Shown one piece after another: positions 41,701 through 52,758 of a stretch of DNA of 64,000 nt (the first letter of the stretch is position 1; every line of letters begins with the position of its first letter). Location: NCBI GenBank assembly GCA_040954595.2, contig CM082581.2, forward strand, positions 11,840,286 to 11,904,285. The letters run 5' to 3'. A model generated the notes under the pieces. The model was given only the letters and a program-made list of their open reading frames with translations. It was not told the DNA's origin and made no database searches. Position numbers and translations under genes: made by a program. This stretch comes from Balanoglossus misakiensis (lineage: Eukaryota; Animalia; Hemichordata).

Positions 41701-44051
41701 CAATGGTCATCAATTCTCATGTGTAGAATCTCAAAAAATGAAATATTAGTGCATTTATTTAGAAAAATGAGACATTTATGTTTCATGTAAAAATAATGAC
41801 ACTTATGCACAGACAGTACTGTCACAGACTTAGTACATTGTATATACATGTAGTATTTAGTTATAAATTAAGATGGAAATCATTTATTGGTAAAGTGACA
41901 TTCAAACTCAATGTCTGCCATATCAGACAGATAGGTTCAACCTTGATATTTACCCTTCATGGCTTTTGCTACACTTAGACAGTTGTAGGAAATACGTTAC
42001 AAGATTGGTAGAATTTATATTTTGTAATTTCCTCAAAGGTTTATGCATTGACCCAGCATTTTTAGATGTAAATATCTCTGATCATAATTCAGCATATGAG
42101 GCATGTTGTACTAGTGGAATAGATTCTTCTTTCTCTCTCTATTTATGAAAAAGGTGGATTTGTAATGTGTTCTGTGATGTTCAAATTAGCTAGCCAAGGC
42201 TCATCGTCATGACAACAAAAGCGCGTCTTCCTGTACGACATTCCAGATTTAGAAACCAAGCACCCAGTCAGTCAGTTCCCCCCCCCCCCCCACCCATGTA
42301 TATACATTGATAGCAATACTAACATGAAATCTGCTTTAACTTGCCAGCTTTATAAAATAAATACATAGTTTACGAGTTTGTGCATCAGTCGTGTATAGAA
42401 AGTTTATTGAAAATCATATAATCATATAGTGAGTCAGTTCCAGCATTATTGCAGATGTAGGAGAATGGATTGTAATATTTTGGAAAAAAAAATTGCTATA
42501 TTACTCACAGGTTAATAGTTCAAGTTTTTAAAAGTTTAAATTTTAATGCAAATAGAGTAAAATTATATAATTAAGTTGTGGTAGAAGTTATCCTCTAAAG
42601 TATCTCTGTGAGCAAAGATCTTACATTTCTTAAAAGAATAGAATGAAATATTTTGCTTCATAAAAGTCACCTGAAATAATTGTATTCGGTTAATGATAGT
42701 TTTGTAAGTTTCTTGTTTCTGTGTCATATATGTGTATATAGGTTTCCTGCGTTTCCATGGGAATGCCAGGAATAATAAAGACAGACTTTTCCTCCCAGCA
42801 TCAAGATGATAAATGAAGAATTTTATAAATATAGAATATTATGATAAATCGCTGTTTTCTAAACTCATTTGCAAGTATCCGTTGGTGTGTAGCTTTAAAT
42901 CCAACAATAAAATGCTACTTTATATAAATGTATTAGTGAATTAGTACAGCAGTGTTCCCACGGTAACCAGCAGATAAGCTCCCTGGGTCAGGTCAGGTTC
43001 AGTACTTCCATATACCTACATCTCTTACTCATGAAATGCCTGAAAAAATGAACTCATAGATGGACAGACTACTTTTAACACCTTGACCTTGTGAATCCTT
43101 CCAAAATTAACCCCTTTTAACTTTTCACAGAAATCTTGAAATCATATTTTTGTCAAATATGGGCTTGGTTAATCACAAAGATTTCCATCTGTGCATTAAT
43201 TGTCAAATGTTTGGCAGTACAGTTTGGCTTTAGTAGGTAGAATTTGCAATTCATTTAACCTAAATTCTAATATCAAAAATAGTTTAGCATTGTGGTAGAT
43301 TAAAGAACTCTTGGTCCACATTTAATACATGTATATGTCATCTGAAAAGTGACAATGTAATGAAATCCGTTGCCATGTGTGTTTGATAATGATAGCCAGG
43401 ATAATTCTGACAATTCTAAACTTTGTTGCGTGTCTCTTGCCTATTGCTAACCCATGCTGAGATCATAACCTGTTTGGTAAGTGGATAAACATTGTAGTTG
43501 TGTCTATACAACTCTGCTTAAAGATTCCTGTGGTCTTGTACTGTGTTTGCAGAGTTTGTGGGTGTCACTGTATGTTGTCTTGGTAGATTAATGTCTGTTA
43601 TGGCATGAACCCCAAATGGGGAAATGTGTGGTGATGTTCATAAGGTCACTAGAAAGTCAGGGTGCAAAGGGTTTAAATATTGTAACTGCATTTGTCTGTA
43701 TTAACTAATCAAACCATTCCCTTCAAAACAATGGTTGGGAACGGTGGGGGTAAAAATCAATGCTCTTCTGTGATATATAATGAAATCTTTTTCTTTTTCT
43801 TTTGCTAATTCTAGAGCCAAGGACGAAGTACCTATGCAAGTGTAAGTTCATATAAATCTATCATTTTCCATTGTATATTTAAAAATGTTATAGCTGAATG
43901 TATAATCACAGATTACCTTCACTCCATATTTTCTTAGTAATGACTTCTTCATACTTTCTTGTTGACTTACAGACTTCCAACTAGTGGCACTCCATCAAGA
44001 AAGACCCCAGTCAAAGTTCTAGTCCTTCCACCATCAGTACTGCCGAAGTAG
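5771..44051 (+). CDS. PROM: Prominin (CD133-family pentaspan membrane glycoprotein), about 861 aa, 25 coding exons
   Basis: Exons: 5771-6008, 16565-16620, 20465-20670, 23243-23363, 26796-26868, 27436-27525, 30035-30249, 32900-32971, 34020-34083, 34457-34533, 35095-35168, 37235-37387, 37670-37796, 37898-38001, 38278-38362, 39194-39340, 39464-39544, 39701-39784, 40111-40164, 40282-40362, 40561-40629, 40744-40833, 40950-41068, 43815-43841, 43973-44051. Total 2586 nt, in frame. Signal peptide plus prominin hallmarks PLVGLCFCCCRLCGRCGG, GLLCGVCG...PTERGCMSNCGG, GGNLEKLVCEP, CRPV and NCFWFSLGW...IPSVIFAVKLAKHYRRM. The last two exons are less certain. Confidence 0.92.
6254..6323. mobile_element. 70-bp foldback (palindromic) insertion with 9-bp target-site duplication
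   Basis: 31-bp inverted arms 6259-6289 / 6293-6323 (2 mismatches, 3-nt loop), flanked by direct repeat cattcacac at 6245-6253 and 6324-6332; termini TAG...CTA. Confidence 0.75.
14137..14292 (-). mobile_element. Degenerate, truncated copy of the MITE at 58616-58817 (opposite orientation)
   Basis: Reverse complement shares gccaaaa..aaaataaa..T-run..agataacga.gcagtgaa..cgcg.aacagt.gcctct with the 58.6-kb element; retains a tactgtgaaa end. Confidence 0.65.
33530..33690. repeat. Compound trinucleotide microsatellite (TCC)n(TCA)n(CCA)n in prominin intron
   Basis: Visible directly; explains the poly-E/D, poly-L/I and poly-S ORFs in the track. Confidence 0.95.
37054..37148. repeat. Compound tetranucleotide microsatellite (TCAG)n(TCAA/TCTA)n
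   Basis: Visible directly. Confidence 0.9.
38734..38747 (-). promoter_or_regulatory. Consensus DR2 nuclear receptor element (GGTTCA-aa-AGGTCA)
   Basis: + strand TGACCT tt TGAACC, followed by further half-sites TGTCCA (38750) and TGAACC (38760). Confidence 0.4.
42985..43001 (+). promoter_or_regulatory. Consensus DR5 RARE-like element (GGGTCA-ggtca-GGTTCA)
   Basis: Two perfect RG(G/T)TCA half-sites spaced by 5 nt; the spacer creates a nested AGGTCA-GGTTCA DR0. Confidence 0.45.
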
Positions 44052-45599
44052 GTTTGTATATCCAATCCTACACAGCTATAGGTTTGTGTTGTTTTTGGCT
44101 GAAATCGGCTATTAGTTTTGATTTCACTGAAGACAATGTTGTCAGTTCCAGTATTGCCTAATACTGCTGTGACGTAGACATTACATGTACTTGATTTTGA
44201 ACACACAAGTACAAATGCAATATACCAATATCTGTGATATTTATATGTGACGCGCATTCCTTTGTACTTATGTAATTTACATATACTTATGTATATTTAC
44301 ATTGAGATTTATTGCATTATAATTATTTTCCTTTAAAGCTAACTTTATGAAATAGACATTTTTATGGATTTTTTTTACAGATGCTCATGCAATAGTATTA
44401 TTCAATATTTATAATTATTATGATTTTAAATATTCTGGAACACTATTTTGTGTAGAATTTATTTTCACCATTTTCACTGGATTCCCAGTTGTCATTTATC
44501 TTTTTTCAATAATTTTCAGAGATTACGAACATATTTTGATATGCTGAAATATTGTGTTATGTATGTTTTTCCTTTATCCATGCAGTGCAAGCCAATTACA
44601 CATATGTAAATTTCTTATTATCATGCATTTAAAAAATCTACACTTACTAGTGTTCTTATATATTAGGTTTAACTTTTTACTTGTTAAAGGCACATTTTGG
44701 AAAAAAAATTTGCAAATCAATGCAGTTGCCGAGGTTTATTTCTGTAAATATGAGATTGTATTTGAATGCAGAATAATGCATGTGTTTGCTATTTATCAGT
44801 AGAAATTCATTTTGAGTGACTGGGTCATGATCCAGGTACTGACATAATCTTGTACATCACACACAGGAAAACTTTGTTAAACTGTGTTACTTAGCTTATA
44901 TTAGGCTATCTAACATTTCTTCAGTGAGATCTCAGAAAATTACTGGGTTTCTTTGTTCTCTTATGGAACACTGCCCTGTTTCTGTAGTCAACAGTTAGTA
45001 TTAGAAAGATTCAAATCCATCTTCAAGAATAACTCTTTTTAAATGTTGGTCAGTTCAGTTTTAGTGTCGAAATATTTATGAGGACTTCTGATCTCTGTAT
45101 GTTTTTTTTCTTTCTCCTGAACAGTAACAAAGTGTCTCCATTATACATGTAGAAGATTGGCTTAGGTAGTGGACACTGTTAAGCATGTAGCTATAGTTAC
45201 CTGAAGTGATGTCATCAGAGTTTAGATAGAGATGAGCAAGAGACTTAGGGCTTAGGCTAGCAGTTGAAGTTATACAGTTGTTGAACAGAAATTGTAGTCA
45301 GTTGACTGTGAAGTCTGATTTCAATAAAAAAAAATTAAATAAAACTAAGAAATTGCCTGATTGTTTGTTTCTTGTGATGATGGCTGGAAGTATGATTGCT
45401 GAATTCAATGTGCCACTGTAGTTGTATGAACATTGTGTAAACTCATTAAAGTTAAACCTGTGATGATTTGCTAAATCTCTGTTTATTCTTTGCAAATTTA
45501 TTGGTGTACAAAACTACACATGCAGTAACTTTCATAGCCAACAAGCAAATGCCAACAGTCTCCTGTCGATGAGAACAAAAGGAAAGGGTAGTATAGTTA

Positions 45600-46400
45600 A
45601 CAACTGTGGGGGCGTTGTTTCGCACGAAAATAGTCCGCCTGTGTATTGATACATATCCGACCAAGATGTAAGTCATCAGTCCGATGACATCATACCTCTA
45701 AAATGAAAGCGCCGCAATATTTGTCAGAATTTTTTCAACAAGCAATTTTTTTCTAAAATAAACGTTGTTCTCGTTGTCTGGCTGTTTACGGAAGGCCATA
45801 TTTACTCGAGAATATATGTCAGTCTGATGCCTTTATTTATAACATAGTTCTGTGGAAGTATAAATGTAGGTGTGATAAGGCGGCGTTATGCACATGGCGC
45901 TGAGTCGTCATTAGGTCGAGAACGTTCGGTGTATGCCTGATCTTTTATGTGAACGACTGTCAATATTTCTCACAACATACTCATGACCTGACTTCAACCT
46001 TTTGCAGGAGAAGGTTAGTATTACACAGGTATTCAAGTTTAATTGTCAGAATCGTAGCAGTCCGTGTTTCTCTGCTTTACCGGGAACCACAGTCGCTGGC
46101 TTTTAGTGGCCACACGCCTTTGAGGCTTTGTTGTCGGACTGCATGATGTACATTTCTGACTGACAGGCCCGGTCGATCGGTTGGAGAAACAGACAAAAGT
46201 GTTCTGTAGTTGTTTAGAGAAATATTTCTGATCATATGTCCCGATGGTTGAGCCGATTTGACGTACATTCTACGGTTCCGATTTGACGTGTAGGAAGCAC
46301 GTACTGAGCTGAACGTGGAGGGTTTGTTTATTGATAGTGTGACGTCATATTTTGTCTGAGAGAGGACGTCAGTGTTTTATAATAATCATACGAGTTAATT
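45600..46400 (+). promoter_or_regulatory. CpG-enriched putative KANSL3 promoter/5' UTR with a palindromic CRE
   Basis: CpG-rich segment between the prominin 3' UTR and KANSL3. TGACGTCA at 46340-46347. An acceptor ending at 46648 precedes the ATG, implying an upstream non-coding exon. Confidence 0.5.
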
Positions 46401-46672
46401 ATGGTGTAAATCCTGAAGATAACTATAATGATTATTATTGAAATTTATTAAGATGATTTATATTTTATTTTGGTCAAATAAAATGGAGAAGTTATTATTT
46501 GCTACAAAATAATCCCATTCCTTCAATTTATATGCTATCCGCTGTTTTTATTTTTCAGTGATGTTCTTGTGTTGATAATTATATTTCCACATCGCTTTCA
46601 AGCCCTCCAGTGTTCAAGTTGGAATTAAATTTTTCAACTCTTGTACAGACTAAGTTGGAATCCTGATTGAGA

Positions 46673-49600
46673 ATGGCATCCTCGTTTCTGTACCACCTGT
46701 CGGCCCGGGAGAGAGAGTTGGATCTGGTCCTGTTGGATCATTGCTATGCTAAACCCTGGAGTGCACATCCAGATGCCAGTAGTGCCAAACCGGCAAGGAC
46801 TTTATTCATTCCCAGGACGTTGAGGCTGCAGTTGGAAAGAGGATATTTTCCGTAAGTGTTGAATATCTTGTGTCTGTCGGTGAGGTCATTTCCATTTTGT
46901 ATTCCCAGTCTATGCACATGCATGATACGTGGATAAAGTAAAAAATTAATTTGTCTTATCTTTAAACAGAGAACCAGATGTTGCTGTAGATGTCGTTGGA
47001 ACGCCTAAACTACCAGGAGTGCCGTATGACACCAGTAAAGCCAGATCTGTGATGAATGAATGTGAGAGACATGTCAACTTTGCCAGGACTACACCGGAGG
47101 AAGGCCCTGAAGATTGGGAGGAAAATGTCTCGGCTTTGAGGTAAAATATTAGTGGCAAAATAAGATACAGTAGTCAATTATAATTTACGGTAGTATTATT
47201 TTAGTCCTACAGTTGCAGTTTTGAAAGTAAAATGGTCATTTCTTTATTGCAGGATTGGCTGGACTGGCCAACAGAACAAACTTTTCAATAAAGTTGTGAA
47301 AGCATTGAATACAGACAGATTAGCAAGACTGACATATGAAAATGTAAGTACTGATAAATGATATTAAAACTGTCCCAAACACTTGTTTCCCCATACCAGT
47401 ATGTTTCTGCATGAATCCTGAAGTTCTGGTGGATATCCTTACAATAAAAATCATCTTGTATCGTAATCTTTCTGTTTATCGCGACAGACACCGAATGAGC
47501 CGGTGATGAGACGAGTTCATGTGGACAAGACGGCGCGCCGAGTTCGTCAGAGTTTGTCCAGTGTCGGTTGGGTGGGTAGAAAATTAATTTCATTTTCTGC
47601 TGTAGATACATGTCTGTGCTAAATTGTTGTCACAGTTTTTGCTAAGGTTGTCATAAAGAAATATCAATGTTAATATACATCTTAACCATATTGGAATTAT
47701 TTCTTGTTTGTAAAATTTGACTGACACATCGTAACATTCTTCTTGGTTGTTGAAATGTTCAGGATCCCAAGCTGTCACAGTGGTTGCATATGACATTGGT
47801 GGAGCACTTAAGTACACCACTGCTAGCTGCCTATCTGGATGTCTTGCAGACACTAAAGTCTAAGGTAAGACACACAATAGATCAAAAATTGTCTGTGTGA
47901 TATCTATGAGTAGCTGATTGCAGAATAAGTGAAATTGATATCGCTGTTGGAGAAATTTGACATTGTCATTTTTGCTTGTGTGATTACAGGTGCCATCTTT
48001 GATTGATAAGATGATCAGCCCTACAACATCAAGATCAGGTACGAGTAGCGAGGCTTTGGCGTTACTTCTGAAAAGACCATGGGATCCAGCTATTGGTATG
48101 CTTACACAACACAAACCCGTAAGTATCTATGGAAATTCAATTAGAGCTAGCTTTGTTGACAGGAGAACTGCATTTTGTAGAACTACACAATGACCAATAA
48201 CTGACATGTAATTACTTGGGCTTCATTGCTATGAATTTACCTTCACTGATTTCCATGACAACAGAAAAAACTACCAGGTGCCCCGCTACTGTTGATAGCA
48301 CCAAGCGGACCCACACACAATTCTCACATAATGTCAAGACGGATGCGGTTCTGGAATTCTCAATTATCCAACCTCGGTAAAGTCATTCCGGTCACAATGC
48401 ATACTGTCAATGGAGGTTCCGGTGTTGGGATAAGTCAGTGTCTGGAACATATGATCGGAGCTGTCAGGACCAAAGTTTTGGAAGTAAGTGTCAGAATTAT
48501 CGTTTTAATCATTTCATTTCATGGACAGGATTTATGAGCTCAGTATGAACGATTTCGGTAATCGGACCTGTTCACTGAACAGGTCTGTTATTTGTGTGTA
48601 CAATTGACCTCGTCATGATATCTAATAAACATGTTTTTTTTTTCTTTTGATAGTTACAAAGTCACTTTCCAAACAGGCCAGTCGTGTTGATTGGTTGGTC
48701 AGTCGGAGCTCTTGTTGCTACACATGTAAGTAGAATTTCCCTTTGAAAGTATTTACCTTGGAATTTCCCTTTCATCTCTTTATTTATACCAACAAAACAC
48801 TTAAGTTATCTGTTGGCCTTAAATTAGTCTGATAAATAATTGTTATATTACAGGTATCGTTGGTAGAGTCTGTGAGTGCTGTGATATGTCTGGGATTTCC
48901 ATTCACAGGAGTTGATGGTGGCAGAGGGGTAAGTGGTTATGTTTTGAAATTGGGGTGAAATACAGAAAGCATATGTATTTCTTTGTTGCTGTGAAAGTGT
49001 ATAGGTCAAGGGCCAAAGGTCGGGTTTTAAACCACTAAGGATACACATTTCATTTGTTATAGGATATAGATGATCCATTAAGGGACAGTAAAACAGCAAC
49101 CTTGTTCGTGATTGGTCAAGAGTCTAGCGTATGCAACCAAGACGACATTGAAGATCTGCGAGAATCAATGAAAGCAGAGACTAGTCTTGTCATTGTCGGA
49201 GGTGCCGATGAAAATTTGAGATTAACAAAAGCCAAGAAGAAACTGGAGGGTGTGACCCAGAGTATGGTGGATAGATGTATACAGGTATGTGTTGCAGTAT
49301 TGAGGGGTGGGGTGGGTGGGGAGGGGCTATTATTCAGTATTGTACTTGTTTCTATGTTAGTTGATATGGTTGGATAAGCTGTTCTAAACATTGTGATGCA
49401 ATTTTTTTCACAGGACGAAATTGCTGAGTTTCTGGCTGGTGTACTTTCTGCAGAGTCAAGTCATTCACCAGATGCAGGAGATGTTGACTCTGAGCTGAAA
49501 AAACTGAAGAGAAAGAAGAGGGTGTCTCGTGATCTATCGACCGAAATGACACAGAGAGGGACACCAGCGTCCAAAGCCAGACGGACCAGCACGCCGTCAA

Positions 49601-52323
49601 CTCCTAGTGATGTAAGTGTTTCATATGCAAACTGTATACAGGACTGTCTGTAGAGGGCGCAGTTTTACATCAGGGTAGCAAAACCCTTTCACCCCCAGTT
49701 CCCTCTTTACAGGTCCAGCCTTACCATAGAAGACAATGGGCTTGGACTGAACCATGGTGGTGAAAGGGTTAATAGGTGTCCTATCATTGTGTGAGGTGTT
49801 CAACATATACCACTGTCTGTTTTAGGGTGTTTCATCACTGCCATCCACACCAAAGACTAAATCGCCTAGAGGCCAAACATCTGACTCAAGCAGCAGCTAC
49901 CAGCAATCCAATATATCCAAGGAATATGCAGAGTTTGTGGCCAGCATGAAGAAGCAGCAACAAGCTGTGAGGGAAGCTAGGGAGGCAAAAGAGGCTGCTC
50001 AGGCTGCTGCAGGTTAGTGCATTTACTCTTACCTGAGACAGAGTGGTGTTGTGTATTGGCTTAGGGGGTACACTGGTTAGCAGGATTTGGTTAGTGATGC
50101 ATAGGACTGTTGATTTACATGATTTACCATGACATTTTTTAAAACTTTTCAGGCAAATCCAAAATGGGCGCCACGGCAACCAAGCGGAAGAGAAGCAAAA
50201 GCCCCACAAGTGGAAGTGGAAACGCCGCCAAGCGGAGACCACCTAAGCTTCCAACTCCAAGCACCAGTGAGATGTCCAGTCCAGCAACCAGCCCAACAAC
50301 ACCTGGTGTGGTACCTGGTGCCACCCAATTGTCAGGTCTGCTGCAAGGCCAAGTCAGCACTGCTGGCACGCCCTCAACGACGGCGTTGACTCAGGCCATT
50401 GCTCTGGCAGGTGCGACGAAGTCGTTGCCGAAGATTCAGCAAGTTGGGCAGGCCGGTTCCCAGGTGTCACATAGCAGTCTACTGCAGGGTTTAAGCTTCA
50501 GTCTGCAGAGTGGCAACATACCAGCCTCCCTAGCTAGCGTCTTACAGAACCAGCCATCACTCAGTGGACTCATTCCGACGACTATTTCACAGCTGAGCGC
50601 GCTGGGAGAGAAAAAGACGGTCACTGTTCAAGGCTCATTGACACAACCACTGCCAGCGCATCGCATAACACGTACTTCATCACCGGGACTGACGGCAACT
50701 GCACAGATTGGGTCAAGCATAGGCAGTCTGTCTCAAACAGAGGCTCTGAAACCTGGCTTGATGGCAACAGCACCAGGACTGACCGCCTTGAGGACGTCTA
50801 CTGCCACAGTCAGGCCTCAAGTCACATTGCAGTCGTCTAAAGGCACCAATGTCCACCACCTGTTCACAGTATCAAGGTCCCAGCCAAGTTTATCATTGCA
50901 AACAACGACAGCAACCAGCATGACCAGGCCTGTGTCGGCACCGATCTTGCAAACCAAAGAAACTGTCAGCACCGCCGGCGTGCCGACAGCGTCTGTGTCA
51001 AGTACTGGTGCCAACGTGCCCGGCAAAGCGACCACAAGCATTCTGGGATCTGTTCTGAAGCAGAGTCCAAAGTCCGCGTTTGTCGCCACGCACAAACCAG
51101 ACTTGACGCAGGAGGCACAAGTGCAGGCAATACAGAAGTTGCAGTTTCACGATTTCCCTCTCACCACTGCATCACTGAGCAGAACCACCACCTCGGGGGC
51201 CATCATCACGCAAGCCAAGATCTTGAAACAGCTGGAAATTTCAAAGCTGCAAGGAATCCAAGTTACAAAGGGACAGCTTCAGACCATCCGATGTTCTGGA
51301 CCGCTGACCATCAGTACGCAGTCAATGGTTACAGGAAGCCGGAGTCGAATCCAGCAGACTGGTCCCTTCTCTGTCACATCGCTGATCACCTCAACAACAC
51401 CGTCGGTTTCATCGACACACATGGCAAGTCCCGGCATGACCAGCCTGACAATACAAGGTTCCCTGGTCAAAGAAAACACCAAGGGCACCCCGGCCCGCCA
51501 GATATCGGCCGCTCAGAAGCTGAGTGAACTCAGTGCTGGCAGAACGGATTCCAGTACACCCTCAGCTACAGTCTCTTTAGCGCGTGCAGAGCTAGCTGCA
51601 CAGGCGTTGCAAGTGACCAGCACCATCACAGGGGCGTCAAAAACACCATTGTCCACAGTCCCTGCGCCCAGCACCAGAACTGTGACTGTGACTATCCCTG
51701 TCACTACAAAGATCATAACATCTGGCAGTGGAGTTAGTCATCTACACCTTCGGCAAGTCAAGCCGGCCGAGTTGATGGAGAAAGTGCGGGAGACCCACAC
51801 TCCAACCAGCCTTTCAAGCTCATCATCAAGTGAGCAAACATCCACCACGCCGACATCAATTGGCGAAGACCAGACTGATAATGGCAGCAGTGCAGGCAGC
51901 GAAGCTGATAAACCACCAGCAAGTGCAGTGAAGCCGGTCGTCACAGGAGTGAAGATATTGACCAAACCCACGTCGACACCAGCAATCATCACTCCAAGCA
52001 AAGCTGCCATCATCAAAGTGCCATCGACTGTTGTTATGACGTCTGCATCAACACCCCCTGCTGTCGCTGTGGCAACCACAGCCACTGTGACAAAGCCTGT
52101 TGTCACGACGACGCAACCAGCCACTCCACCTCCTCAAACGTCCAGCATGCAGTCGGCAGCTTCAGTCGCAGCTGCCGTCTCCTCAGAACACGCCTATGTC
52201 AGCACGGCCCAACCCAGCCCCCAGGGTGGTGGTGGCAACAACCGGAATAGAGCAGTGTCCGGTAATACAATTGCCTCCACTAGGACTAGGCGAATTCGCA
52301 CGCCCAGACATTATTCAGAATAG
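46673..52323 (+). CDS. KANSL3: KAT8 regulatory NSL complex subunit 3 (NSL3/Rcd1), about 1299 aa, alpha/beta-hydrolase-like domain + long S/T-rich tail
   Basis: Exons: 46673-46851, 46970-47140, 47253-47343, 47488-47571, 47763-47864, 47990-48118, 48265-48483, 48654-48725, 48854-48928, 49063-49284, 49414-49611, 49826-50012, 50153-52323 (3900 nt, in frame). Motifs [69 protein letters not shown] and [13 protein letters not shown] match KANSL3. Confidence 0.96.
49684..49768. mobile_element. Small piggyBac-like MITE in a KANSL3 intron
   Basis: TIRs ccctttcaccccca / tggtggtgaaaggg (1 mismatch), right flank TTAA, left flank AAAA; inner arms gtccagcc / ggcttggac. Confidence 0.6.
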
Positions 52324-52752
52324 CTCTGGAAGAAAAACTAGATTATTAGATTATTCCTGTCTAATGGTAATTATCTGAATGCACAAAACATGAATTATCC
52401 ATTTTCATGACCCTCAAGATAAATGTATGCCTGACTTGCCAGCGTGGCCACAGGTCATACAGTCCTGTGAGGGCGCTTCTCCAGAGAATCTCCGTGGTCA
52501 TGCATTACATTGAAACAGCCATAGTTTCGATGTTGATATATCATTGGCTGGGTGACACAACTAGCACTTTTTTGTACATACTAGTATATGTTAATGCGTT
52601 CTCTCCGGAGTTTCTTTTACTTGTTTTAACCCCAAGTTCACCAACATGGATTGGTCTAAATCCATCGTTTATATTGCAAAGTTGGACCTCTATCTGGCCT
52701 TGAATTTGCGAGATATGATTGTGTATGGAAATGAACTTTATCTTACATGGTC

Positions 52753-52758
52753 AATAAA
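52753..52758 (+). terminator. Putative polyadenylation signal of KANSL3
   Basis: AATAAA about 430 nt after the stop, followed by GT-rich tctttgtctgt. Confidence 0.6.

Noticed and set aside
48565-48585. Perfect 10-bp-arm palindrome GACCTGTTCA-C-TGAACAGGTC
   Set aside because: Short and isolated; no TSD, second copy or snoRNA boxes
49003-49022. Triple DR1 AGGTCA-a-GGGCCA-a-AGGTCG in a KANSL3 intron
   Set aside because: Degenerate; AGGTCAA-type 7-mer tandem tracts are common background in marine invertebrate genomes, so not counted as an RA element
50139-52124. Several antisense ORFs over the last KANSL3 exon
   Set aside because: Shadow frames of a GC-richer coding exon; no recognisable motifs
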